Shown piece after piece: positions 1 through 9,461 of a DNA stretch of 64,000 nt. The stretch is from Methanosarcinales archaeon (GTDB taxonomy: Archaea; Halobacteriota; Methanosarcinia; Methanosarcinales; Methanocomedenaceae). A program made the position numbers and the translations under genes. The stretch covers positions 662 through 64,661 of the forward strand of contig DAOUSF010000002.1 of assembly GCA_030627385.1 (NCBI GenBank). Reading direction: 5' to 3'. How positions within the stretch are numbered: position 1 is the stretch's first letter; each line of letters starts with the position of its first letter. The notes beneath the pieces were generated by a model, which saw nothing but the letters and a program-made list of their open reading frames with translations, was not told where the DNA came from and searched no databases.

Positions 1-1
1 C

Positions 2-646
2 AGACATAATATTGTCAAAAACAGGTACAAAGGCAACCTTGCTGCTGCCATAAACGAAGATGTCAGGGAGATCATGAAAAAGGAAGTGGTCAGCCTGGGA
101 GTAAATGATAATATATCAATCGCCATTAAAACCATGATCGAAAGGAACATCGGCGGCATACCCATCGTTGATGATGATAATGTTGTAGTCGGTATCGTAT
201 CAGAACGCGATTTCGTACGAACAGTGGCAGATATTATTACTTCAAAGTCGATAAAAGAATATATGAGTAAAAATGTAGTTACTGCCTCACCCGATATATC
301 TGTTGGAGAAGCTACCAGGACCATGATAGAGAAGGGTTTCAGGCGAATCCCGATTGTAAAAGAAAACATACTGCTGGGAATTATTACTGCATCCGATATC
401 ATGAGGTATCTGGGCAGTGGTGAAATATTCCAGAAACTTATTACCGGGGATGTCTCCGATGCATTCCAGGTTCCATTGAGAAGCTTGATATTGCGCGACA
501 TCGTCTGGACCAATTCCGGCATTGATATCGGTGAAGCGGCGGCATTAATGCTGAAAAATAAAGTAGGAGCGCTTCCCATAATTGATGATGGAGAATTATG
601 CGGTATTTTAACCGAACGTGATATTATCAAGGCACTGGTCGATTGA
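2..646 (+). CDS. CBS-domain protein, 5' end outside window
   Basis: Frame stays open from base 2 to the M at 74, so the true start is likely upstream of the window. Tandem CBS-type repeats are present (VREIMKKEVVSL, GGIPIVDDD, GALPIIDDGELCGILTERDI). Confidence 0.8.
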   Translation, partial: RHNIVKNRYKGNLAAAINEDVREIMKKEVVSLGVNDNISIAIKTMIERNIGGIPIVDDDNVVVGIVSERDFVRTVADIITSKSIKEYMSKNVVTASPDISVGEATRTMIEKGFRRIPIVKENILLGIITASDIMRYLGSGEIFQKLITGDVSDAFQVPLRSLILRDIVWTNSGIDIGEAAALMLKNKVGALPIIDDGELCGILTERDIIKALVD

Positions 647-671
647 TCTGCTATCCAAAGGAGATATTGCA

Positions 672-1562
672 ATGAATGTAAAAGATATTATGAGTTCCCC
701 TGTCTACTTGATAACATCCAATGAACCCATATCAAGAGCAAGGAACCTTATGTTAAAACACAGTATAAGCAGGCTTGTGGTCATTGAAAATGATATGACA
801 AAAGAAGCTTCATCAAGATCACCGGATGTAATATGCGTAGGTGTGGTGACCAAGACAGATATTAGTGAAAGACTGGACCAGGCAGAGCCGAAATGGCGCA
901 GGCGTCCCATTGGCAATATTCCAATTAGTATGGTTATGTCATCTGACCCTTTGACGATATACCCTGATGCCACGCCCGGGCAGGCTGCTGAAATCCTGCT
1001 TGAGAATAATATCAGTGGATTACCTGTGGTAAGGAGTAAGACTGATAAGAATTTAGTTGGTATTATCACGAAACATGACCTGATAAGATATTACTCGACC
1101 CTCGATGATACTACTGTTGTAAATGATATTATGGAACAGTTCTCTGTCACTGTTCACAGGCACCATAGCATCAGTCATGTGATCCATGAGATGAAAAGCA
1201 ATGAAGTTGACAGGACGATAGTAGTGGATGACAGCAATGAACCTGTGGGTACCATTACCAGGACAGACCTTGCATTGAACAGGATGACAAATCCTGAAGG
1301 GGAACTACCATCCAAGAATGTTAAGATGGCACGTAAGAACCATACTGGTGGCGAAAAGGTATTGCGGTCCGTAAAGGAAGTTTCGATGGTAGCTGAAGAT
1401 ATCATGTCCGCACCACTCATTACTTTGAGTAAGAACAGCAGCGTAACAGATGCGGCAAAGATTATGGTCGACCAGCGTATCAATGGCATACTCATTGTTG
1501 ATGATGAGATAACAGGCATCGTATATGCTAAAAACATTATACAGGCAATTATAGCACGGTAG
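672..1562 (+). CDS. CBS-domain protein (about four CBS repeats)
   Basis: GGAG then ATG at 672 (the track ORF opens at 618). Repeated CBS signatures: VKDIMSSPVY, ISGLPVV, GIITKHDL, INGILIVDDE. Confidence 0.8.
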   Translation: MNVKDIMSSPVYLITSNEPISRARNLMLKHSISRLVVIENDMTKEASSRSPDVICVGVVTKTDISERLDQAEPKWRRRPIGNIPISMVMSSDPLTIYPDATPGQAAEILLENNISGLPVVRSKTDKNLVGIITKHDLIRYYSTLDDTTVVNDIMEQFSVTVHRHHSISHVIHEMKSNEVDRTIVVDDSNEPVGTITRTDLALNRMTNPEGELPSKNVKMARKNHTGGEKVLRSVKEVSMVAEDIMSAPLITLSKNSSVTDAAKIMVDQRINGILIVDDEITGIVYAKNIIQAIIAR

Positions 1563-1571
1563 GTGAAAAAA

Positions 1572-2354
1572 ATGAATCTGCAGGATATAATGACAGAACC
1601 GGTAACAATAGATAAATCTGATAAATTATCACATGCACTTGACACTATGGAAAAATTAAGTACCAGAAGACTACTTGTGATGCATAATAACAGTATTCAT
1701 GGTATTGTCACCATGCGTACAATAACAAGGGAACTGGGGGCCAGGAAAAAATCAAACCTCCCTGCTTCGGCTATGCATGTAGCCACGGCGACTACTGATA
1801 ACTACAATAAAGTGCTGCCTGATATGACTGTTGATGATGGTGTCATATTGATGAACAAAAACAACGGGATACTTCTTATAATTGACAATGATGATGTGAC
1901 AGGATGGGTTACGCCGCAACAGGTCATTGAGAATTATCCGTTTGGCAATTCATATGCCGGAGAGATTATGCGTAAACCCATCACTATCGGGCCAGGGGAA
2001 AGGGTGATCCATGCCAGGAGGATTATGCTTGATAATGATATTGGACGCCTGCCTGTTATCGAAAATGATGAACTTATAGGAATCATCACTGAGCATGATA
2101 TCGCTAATGGGCTGCGTGCATTCAGGGACCTTGTTTCAGGCAACCAGCAGGATAGCAGGATCAAGAACCTGCTGGCAGAAGATATTATGAGTCGTGGTGT
2201 AATCTCTGTAAAGACAAATACCCCGATCAAGGATGTGGTTTCATTGATGTTAGAGAAGAACCTTGGTGGAGTGCCTGTCGTAAACCTGGAAGATGAACTT
2301 GTGGGTCTGGTCACACGCAGGTCTCTTCTTGATGCCATTGCCAGTAAGATTTAG
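1572..2354 (+). CDS. CBS-domain protein
   Basis: ATG at 1572 (the ORF opens at GTG 1563). CBS signatures: LQDIMTEPVT, IGRLPVIENDELIGIITEHDI, LGGVPVVNLEDELVGLVTRRSL. Confidence 0.8.
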   Translation: MNLQDIMTEPVTIDKSDKLSHALDTMEKLSTRRLLVMHNNSIHGIVTMRTITRELGARKKSNLPASAMHVATATTDNYNKVLPDMTVDDGVILMNKNNGILLIIDNDDVTGWVTPQQVIENYPFGNSYAGEIMRKPITIGPGERVIHARRIMLDNDIGRLPVIENDELIGIITEHDIANGLRAFRDLVSGNQQDSRIKNLLAEDIMSRGVISVKTNTPIKDVVSLMLEKNLGGVPVVNLEDELVGLVTRRSLLDAIASKI

Positions 2355-2365
2355 TTAGACTATTC

Positions 2366-3538
2366 ATGAAAAGATTTCAGGAACATTTTGATGAAGAATT
2401 TATAAGAATTGCTTCCAGAGCACTGGGAATGCCGGAATCAAAGATAACCGGCATGATAAAAAGAAGAGTGCTGCAGAGGATATCCAGGGTCCTTCCTGAA
2501 TATTACAGGTTCGAAAAGGGGATATCGGAAGTGGAGACCGGGACCACTCTTTTCAATCTGGTGAGTGACATTGAGGTCGTGAAGGGGTTTCCGAAGATAC
2601 ACCGGGCCATGGTACTTGAACCTACTATCCAGACACACTTCAAAGGATTGCCACTGGTTGCCGTTGAAGAAAAGATGAACGGTTACAATGTCAGGGTTGT
2701 AAAGATACAAGACCAGGTCCTTGCTCTCACCAGGGGCGGGTTGGTGTGTCCATATACAACAGAAAAGGCAACCAAAGAGACAGGACTTGAATTTTTCGAG
2801 GACCATCCCGATCTGGTACTATGCGGTGAGATGGTGGGTCCTGATAATCCATATGTCCCGAAGGATATTTATCCGGAAGTGGAAAGTATCGCATTCTATG
2901 TATTTGATATCAGGGAGAAAGGTACAGGTAGGCCCATTACACTGGAAAAGAAAAACGAATTGTGCGAGCGTTATGGTATTAAGACTGTACGGCACTTCGG
3001 GAATTATCCAGCTGATGCCGTTGCCGGGGTAGTGAGCGATCTGGTCAGGGAACTGGGAGCCACAGGGCGTGAGGGTGTTGTGATAAAAGACCCGGATATG
3101 AAACTGCCGGCCCTGAAATATACATCTTCCGAGAGTAACAATAGCGATTTGCGGTATGCTTTCGAGTTCTATAATGACTATGGCAGGGATTTCTTTTTTT
3201 CCAGGGTTGTCAGGGAGGGGTTCCAGTCAGTGGAGTGGGACGAGAATGAAGATGCATTGCATGAGAGGAGCTGCCGGTTGGGTGAGAGTATCTTAAAACC
3301 AATGGTAGAGACGATTCGAAAAAGAAAAAGGGGCGAGCGTATCACTGAAAATGTGAGGATAAGGGTCAGCAGCCTGAAAACGGCACAGCTTTTCAAAAAT
3401 CACCTGAGGTTATTGGGAATTGATGCGCAGTTTGGTGAGCCATTGTATGTGGATGGTCAGTACCTGGTATCAATTAAGAAATTGAACCAGAGCACCAACG
3501 ACCGTACTGATGCTTTATTAAATGGTCAGTTCTGGTAA
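2366..3538 (+). CDS. ATP-dependent RNA ligase, archaeal Rnl3/Pab1020-like
   Basis: 390 aa. Nucleotidyltransferase motif I lysine in EEKMNGYNVRV. Size and layout match archaeal RNA ligases as I recall them. Confidence 0.7.
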   Translation: MKRFQEHFDEEFIRIASRALGMPESKITGMIKRRVLQRISRVLPEYYRFEKGISEVETGTTLFNLVSDIEVVKGFPKIHRAMVLEPTIQTHFKGLPLVAVEEKMNGYNVRVVKIQDQVLALTRGGLVCPYTTEKATKETGLEFFEDHPDLVLCGEMVGPDNPYVPKDIYPEVESIAFYVFDIREKGTGRPITLEKKNELCERYGIKTVRHFGNYPADAVAGVVSDLVRELGATGREGVVIKDPDMKLPALKYTSSESNNSDLRYAFEFYNDYGRDFFFSRVVREGFQSVEWDENEDALHERSCRLGESILKPMVETIRKRKRGERITENVRIRVSSLKTAQLFKNHLRLLGIDAQFGEPLYVDGQYLVSIKKLNQSTNDRTDALLNGQFW

Positions 3539-3611
3539 TTTATCAGATGGACAGTTATGGTGATTTGTTCAATTAGGTTTATTGCAGTCTGCTGTCATTT
3601 ATTACACTGCT

Positions 3612-4244
3612 ATGGCTTCCCCTAAAAAAAATGCTTCTAAATATGAGATCGTGTTCGTTGGACGTTCTAACGTAGGCAAGTCAACACTTATCCGGAGCCT
3701 TACCGGTAAGCCTGTTCCCATCGGACGGCGGCCCGGTGTTACCCGCAGGCCCGAAAATCTTACATCAGGCGACCTGATCGTAACTGACATGCCTGGTTTT
3801 GGCTTCATGAGCGGGGTAAAGGACCGCAAGCAGGATATTATTAAAACAAAATTTGTCAGGTATATTGAAGACCATAGTGACCGCATCATTCTGGCAGTAC
3901 TTGTGTTAAATGGTCAGTCATTCGCAGAAATCGTTGACCGCTGGAGTGGACGTGGGGAGATTCCGGTTGAGGTTGAGATGTACCAGTTCCTCCAGGAACT
4001 TGAACTGGATGTGGTCGTTGCTGTCAATAAGATTGATAAAACAAAGGACAAAAACAGGGATAGCGTGATGGATGGTGTGGCCGAAAGGCTGGATATCCTG
4101 CCGCCCTGGAAACAATGGCCTGATAAACTCATACCTATCAGTGCGAAAAAAGGGGATGTGAAAGCACTTTCCGGATTGATCAGGAGCCGGATACATGAAC
4201 TGGGACGAGATGACCTGCTGGGATGTATCCGACTTGGCGTATAG
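3612..4244 (+). CDS. engB: GTP-binding protein EngB/YihA
   Basis: P-loop GRSNVGKSTLI, DMPGFG and NKIDK motifs. Start trimmed to ATG 3612. Confidence 0.85.
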   Translation: MASPKKNASKYEIVFVGRSNVGKSTLIRSLTGKPVPIGRRPGVTRRPENLTSGDLIVTDMPGFGFMSGVKDRKQDIIKTKFVRYIEDHSDRIILAVLVLNGQSFAEIVDRWSGRGEIPVEVEMYQFLQELELDVVVAVNKIDKTKDKNRDSVMDGVAERLDILPPWKQWPDKLIPISAKKGDVKALSGLIRSRIHELGRDDLLGCIRLGV

Positions 4245-4272
4245 GAAGGGATATCAGATACCGTTGCACCTG

Positions 4273-6138
4273 CTACTTCCTGAGTAGTATCATTACCGCA
4301 AACACTCCCAATATCCCTGAAATGATTGGAAAACCGGGCACGGTCAGCCCATACATTGCATCTACTTGGGAGGTAGGGATTGATGTTGCTTTTGGTGTCG
4401 GGCAAACGGTCTTCAGTGGAATAGGCGTTTCAGATACTACGCTGTGGCTCACGTTAGACACTGTGGTTAACTGCAATGTGGTCTTGGCCAGCACCCTGGC
4501 ATAGTTATATTCCATAATCCGCTGGCTGGGAGACTCCAGCGAATCCGCGTACTCATATGCACTCACTGCAAGTACGGGCTCAACACCGGCATTTCTTGAC
4601 TCTTCAATAGATACCCTTGCAGCATCAGCACTGCGCTGTATCTTTGTACCCACATCAGAATATCCCATAAGACTAATAGCGGTACTGGCCTGCACATAAG
4701 CCAGCAACGAATCATATATGGCACCGCTGTAATAGCCCCTTTCATATTCGATCATTGCTCTATCAAGGGATATATCTGCCTCGTCCAGCAGTCCTGAGAG
4801 CCCGTGCATGCTATCGGATTCACTGATAATTGTCCGTGCATATGTGACCACTGATGATGCCGTTCCTACGTACCATCCGGCCCTGTCTTTCAACATGCCG
4901 TCGTCGGTTGTATGGTCCGTATTCACAAGTGAAAGCCACCACAGTACGGTTTTGGCCCTCATGGATGCCAGTGCCAGGGTCTTGACATAATCAATCTCAG
5001 TTTCGGTTGAGCGTGCATCATCCAGCAACTGTTCTGCCATTATGACCCTTATCTCGGCAGCACCCATACCATCCACGTCCTTTACACCCTCCTCTTTGAA
5101 CCGCTCAACTTCCCGGCGGCTGTGGTTGACCTCCAGGCTTACGGTTTGGTAAAGATAATTAAGATATTCGTCCTGGTCTTTGGTATTGGAATATTCCTCC
5201 CACCAAAGTATGAACTTTAAGTTATTCAGGACCAGTAAGCCCGTATTGGTGGCTGCATAGTATTGCTGCTCATCATATTGCTCCTGACCCCTCTCCAGCA
5301 GTTCTTTTTGTATCTCAAGGGTGCCGGAAGACTGTGTGGTCTCATTCACTGCCACAAGGTATAATTGGTTTGCCTCATCCAGTACATTCCTGCCAAGCGG
5401 GCGCAGCACGTCCAGGTATTCCGCTGACCATACGCATATGGGTGGTTCAGACCTGTGTATCTCATGGCCGGTGAAAAGTTCTACTGCGTCCTCGATGGTT
5501 ATTGCTTCTACTACTTCCACATTTAGCTCTTTACCCCGTTCTACCAGGTCTACTTCAATGGTTTTTTCTTCTACGGCTACGATATCCCCTTTGCGTACAA
5601 TAGTGTTTTCAGTAATCACCACATTGATCTGGCCCTCTGGTACGATGAACAGGGACGTGCCGTGCTGTGCAGCAGCATCAAGTTTATACGGGATGCCTCC
5701 CACCGGCCCGATACTTCCGTCAGGATTGATCATTCCTGTCATTACCACACCATCAATTAACTGCCATTCCTCTATGTCGGCTATGGCGGCCACGGTTAGT
5801 GCGGCACCGGCAGAGGGGCCGCTGATGATGGGGGAGGTCACTTCGATTATGAAATAAAAGTCGTGTTCGGTTGGGTCTATTCCTGTAATGTCCGATGCCA
5901 CAAGTGTTGCCATCCTGGCTGAACCCTGCAGGTCCACCTGTGTGTACGGCTGTGTATCCACAAACACATGGCCATTGCCTTCGGTGACAATGACAGTAGC
6001 ATTTAGCAGTACACCGTTTTCCCCTTCTATTGTGGAATATGCCGCTACGAGGGGAATTGTCACGCCTTCCTCTACGTTGATGGCACTTGCTGGTGTGGTA
6101 AGGAGAATGAATAATGTTATTGCGAGCACTAACCTCAT
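4273..6138 (-). CDS. Secreted S16 (Lon-type) serine protease with PGF-CTERM anchor
   Basis: Signal/TM segment MRLVLAITLFILLTTPASA. Lon proteolytic motifs ISGPSAGA and GGIPYKLDAA. C-terminus is TVPGFPIISGILGVFAVMILLRK. Start taken at M22 of the track ORF. Confidence 0.75.
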   Translation of the reverse strand: MRLVLAITLFILLTTPASAINVEEGVTIPLVAAYSTIEGENGVLLNATVIVTEGNGHVFVDTQPYTQVDLQGSARMATLVASDITGIDPTEHDFYFIIEVTSPIISGPSAGAALTVAAIADIEEWQLIDGVVMTGMINPDGSIGPVGGIPYKLDAAAQHGTSLFIVPEGQINVVITENTIVRKGDIVAVEEKTIEVDLVERGKELNVEVVEAITIEDAVELFTGHEIHRSEPPICVWSAEYLDVLRPLGRNVLDEANQLYLVAVNETTQSSGTLEIQKELLERGQEQYDEQQYYAATNTGLLVLNNLKFILWWEEYSNTKDQDEYLNYLYQTVSLEVNHSRREVERFKEEGVKDVDGMGAAEIRVIMAEQLLDDARSTETEIDYVKTLALASMRAKTVLWWLSLVNTDHTTDDGMLKDRAGWYVGTASSVVTYARTIISESDSMHGLSGLLDEADISLDRAMIEYERGYYSGAIYDSLLAYVQASTAISLMGYSDVGTKIQRSADAARVSIEESRNAGVEPVLAVSAYEYADSLESPSQRIMEYNYARVLAKTTLQLTTVSNVSHSVVSETPIPLKTVCPTPKATSIPTSQVDAMYGLTVPGFPIISGILGVFAVMILLRK

Positions 6139-6413
6139 GCTGTTAGATCGAGTATATTGGTTATGCTGAAAACTCTTCTTATAGTCCCATAATTTGATCA
6201 TTTTTAGTTAACCGAATTTATTATTTGTCCTTAATAAAACTTATAGTAACCTAATAAGAGGTTACAATAATATGGCAAAGACATCAAAGTCTGAAACAGG
6301 TCAATTCAGGATCACAATCCCAGCATTAAAGAAGCTGTCCAACAATTACTGTCAATAACAAATCCCTTGCTTTTTTTTCGATTTAAAGGTATCCACTTCA
6401 CATCTAAATGAAA

Positions 6414-7241
6414 TTAACAAACCTCTTTTTTCAGGAACACAACAGTATTATTAACAGGCGGATCAGGTCGGATCCTGCGATATTCTACAAACTGTTCAGG
6501 TAATTCAAATGAAGAGCACGTTTCCAATATTCTTCTTAATCCCTTTTCATAGATGCGGTAGGATATTCCGATTCCTCCAGGGAGCACGTTTGCCAGATAG
6601 TCAAATATCTCCATTTTAGGTTCAGCTGCAGCAGCAACCATCATGTGGTCACATTTATTTTTAAGGGGTAAAATGAAGTGGTTTCCATCTATTATCCTGA
6701 TCTGATCCGGAAGTCCCAGTTTCTCCAGTACTTTTCTTGAGAGTTCTGCTCTATCAGGATCCCGTTCAATCCCGATTCCTTTAAGTCCATGCCAGTGACA
6801 AAGAGCTATAAGTGTTAGAGGTAGCGGTCCGCTCCCAAGAAAAACAACAGTGTCGCCCGGATTAAGTCCGGATCCCTGATATTCGGTCGTGGCAAGTTGA
6901 AGATAATTTGAAAAATGAGTGAAATTCTTCAGAACTTCCCATGGATCTTCACTGGCCAGTATGGCTTTTGCATTTTCAATCTCAAGTTTCAAACTATATA
7001 GATTTCTGAACCTGACAATAGCTTCAATTACTGAATTATATTCAGGATCACAGATTGTTTCTTGTGCCAGCTGATCATCAATATCCAGTGCGGCCAGATA
7101 ATCCAATCTGTGGAAATAGGTTCCAAGATGATTCGAAGTACTGTGAAGAATATCTTGATCCTTAAGATCTTTTGTAGTTGAATCTATATTTAATAGTTCT
7201 GCCATTATGATTTTTATTGTATTTTCGGTAATATTACTCAC
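6414..7241 (-). CDS. Nicotianamine synthase-like protein (paralog 1)
   Basis: NAS hallmarks: FSNYLQLATTEY and the SAM-binding VVFLGSGPLPLTLI. GTG start is uncertain. Confidence 0.75.
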   Translation of the reverse strand: MSNITENTIKIIMAELLNIDSTTKDLKDQDILHSTSNHLGTYFHRLDYLAALDIDDQLAQETICDPEYNSVIEAIVRFRNLYSLKLEIENAKAILASEDPWEVLKNFTHFSNYLQLATTEYQGSGLNPGDTVVFLGSGPLPLTLIALCHWHGLKGIGIERDPDRAELSRKVLEKLGLPDQIRIIDGNHFILPLKNKCDHMMVAAAAEPKMEIFDYLANVLPGGIGISYRIYEKGLRRILETCSSFELPEQFVEYRRIRPDPPVNNTVVFLKKEVC

Positions 7242-7421
7242 AACCTATTAAGTATCACATAATCATACTTTTTATAAGTTGTTATTATCTTGTAAAGCCT
7301 TTGTGATCTCACTTGATATTTGAAATAAAATTACTATCCTATTAGACAAAACACTGTCTGATTATATGCTAATGCTGAGTTATTATGGATAACTTTATTA
7401 TCAATCAATCATAACTGGCTT

Positions 7422-7447
7422 TACTACTATTAACTAAAATAGTAGTA
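7422..7447. promoter_or_regulatory. Perfect 10-bp inverted repeat TACTACTATT-N6-AATAGTAGTA, candidate operator upstream of cbiX
   Basis: Read directly from the sequence. Its centre lies about 40 nt upstream of ATG 7475, in the divergent NAS1/cbiX intergenic region. Confidence 0.3.
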
Positions 7448-7474
7448 TTAATTATTATTTAACAGGTGAAATTT

Positions 7475-7873
7475 ATGACCAATAAAATCGGAATACTGGC
7501 TATGGGGCATGGGAGTAGTCTCCCGCATAACAAAGAAGTAATAACGAAAGTTGCCAACATGATCGCAGAAAAATATCCTGATACGGTCGTGAGGATTGGA
7601 TTTATGAATATGAACAATCCCACAATGGCTGAGGGATTAGAAGCTTTTAAGAATACAGGTGTATCTTCTATAATAGCCGTACCTTTATTCCTGGCTCACG
7701 GTGTACATACTACTGAAGATATCCCCAAGATTCTGGGCGTCAGCCGGGAAAATCGCAAGAAAAACATTAAAATTGATGGCAACGACGTGACATTGATCTA
7801 TGCCGAACCCTTTGGTCCCGATCCCGTGATAGCAGACCTTGCATACAGGAGGGCTATTGAAGCCCTGGAATAA
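7475..7873 (+). CDS. cbiX: Small class II chelatase CbiX(S)/CfbA-type (sirohydrochlorin cobalto- or nickel-chelatase)
   Basis: AGGTGA, 5 nt, then ATG. 132 aa. Motifs ILAMGHGS and PLFLAHGVHTTEDIP are typical of short archaeal CbiX. Confidence 0.8.
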   Translation: MTNKIGILAMGHGSSLPHNKEVITKVANMIAEKYPDTVVRIGFMNMNNPTMAEGLEAFKNTGVSSIIAVPLFLAHGVHTTEDIPKILGVSRENRKKNIKIDGNDVTLIYAEPFGPDPVIADLAYRRAIEALE

Positions 7874-7960
7874 AAAGAAACAAAAAAAGGATAAAAGCTG
7901 GTCTCACCTCTAACGTGGTGGGATTAGCCATATGTTCCGGTTCACAGCAAATTAACAAAC

Positions 7961-8857
7961 CTATTTTGTTGCAAACACAACTGTATTATTAACAGGCGGT
8001 TCAGGCCGGACCCGATGATATTCTTTAAACTGTCCTGGTAATTCAAATAAATAAAATGTGTCTAACAACCTTCTTAATCCCTTTTCATAGATGCGGTAGG
8101 ATAGTTTGGTCCCTGCAGGAAGCACATTTGCCAGATGATTAAATATCTCTTTTTTAGGTTCAGCTTGAGCAGCTATCATGATTAGCTCGGATTTGGTTTC
8201 CAAAGGCAATGTTAAATGATCACCGTTAATTATTTCAATCTGACCAGAAAGCCCAAGTTTTTCCAGCACTTTTCTTGATAGTTCTGCTCTATCAGGTTCC
8301 TTTTCAATCCCGATTCCTTTAAGTCCATACCAATGGCAGAGAACCATAAGAGTCAAAGGCAACGGTCCGCTTCCGAGAAATACAACACTATCACCGCGTT
8401 TGAGCCCGGCACCCTGAAATTCGGTTAGTGACAATTTGAGATAATTAGAGATATAATTGAAATTTGTAAGCATTTCCCAGGGGTCTCTACTTTCCAGTAT
8501 GGAATGTGCATGTTCAATTTCCAATTTTGCAGTATATAAGCTTCTGAATCTGGCAATAGTGTCAAATGCTAAATTAAATTCAGAATCATAGAGGATAGCT
8601 TCTGCAGATTGATCATATATATCTAGTGCTATCAAATGATCCAGTCTTTGAAAAATGGTTCTAAGATGATTTGAAGGGTCCCGGAGGATGTCTTCATCCG
8701 TTAGATCCCTGATTGATGAAGATATCTCAAAGATGTCTTCAATTATGTTTTCTGCGAAATCTCCAGTACTATAGCTCAGACCGGAAATATGCTTTCCATA
8801 TATGTCTGTACCGTAAACAGAACTGGTTGGTTTGTATATCTGTATTGAACTCATCAT
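7961..8857 (-). CDS. Nicotianamine synthase-like protein (paralog 2)
   Basis: ISNYLKLSLTEF and VVFLGSGPLPLTLM motifs. Alignable with paralog 1 over its whole length. Start is ambiguous (ATG 8857/8854 or 8896). Confidence 0.75.
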   Translation of the reverse strand: MMSSIQIYKPTSSVYGTDIYGKHISGLSYSTGDFAENIIEDIFEISSSIRDLTDEDILRDPSNHLRTIFQRLDHLIALDIYDQSAEAILYDSEFNLAFDTIARFRSLYTAKLEIEHAHSILESRDPWEMLTNFNYISNYLKLSLTEFQGAGLKRGDSVVFLGSGPLPLTLMVLCHWYGLKGIGIEKEPDRAELSRKVLEKLGLSGQIEIINGDHLTLPLETKSELIMIAAQAEPKKEIFNHLANVLPAGTKLSYRIYEKGLRRLLDTFYLFELPGQFKEYHRVRPEPPVNNTVVFATK

Positions 8858-9185
8858 TATCACAGCCAAATAGGATTTGGTAAATCGACAACCCATCGAC
8901 AGGATGTAATTAATACACCATTTTTTCGGATGTTATCAAAATTCACCTGAATGTCAGAACTTTCAAATCAACACAATATAAAAAGACAGAATACATTATT
9001 TAACACTTTCGAGGCATACTGGTTTAATAACAAATAATACATAATGTCCACATATTATATCTAATGGTTAGTATATAATATAGGAATTATTATTACGATT
9101 ATATAATTTATGACATTTGTTGCTGGAAATATTTTCGAACATAATCTCAAACATAATGAAAAATGCCCAGCAAGCAGAAAAAGGA

Positions 9186-9461
9186 TCACATAAAGACCGT
9201 TTCAAATGGGATTATCATAGCATAAGCAGTGACAACAATCATCATCTCAGTGCTGGCCCAGTTCCTGGCATCCGGCAATACTGACTGCATGGATAAGAAC
9301 ATGATTGAACTGGTTTGGGGAGGGAATGGGGAGCATGCAAAGGAGACCATCGGTGTGAAGACGCCATAGAATATGGGGCATACATGCCTTACTATTCCAT
9401 AGATGAAATTTTCATCATTAAAGGGCACACTTGAATATATCAGTATGATGATATAATTCAT
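9186..9461 (-). CDS. Hypothetical small hydrophobic protein (doubtful)
   Basis: The only ORF over 60 aa in an 860-nt AT-rich gap. No recognisable motif. Confidence 0.25.
   Translation of the reverse strand: MNYIIILIYSSVPFNDENFIYGIVRHVCPIFYGVFTPMVSFACSPFPPQTSSIMFLSMQSVLPDARNWASTEMMIVVTAYAMIIPFETVFM

Noticed and set aside
7961-7972. The TAG stop in NAS paralog 2 aligns with a GAG codon of paralog 1 and is followed by the ancestral ..GTT TGT TAA.
   Set aside because: This is simply a point mutation shortening the protein by three residues. It is useful only as evidence that the two genes arose by duplication, not as recoding.
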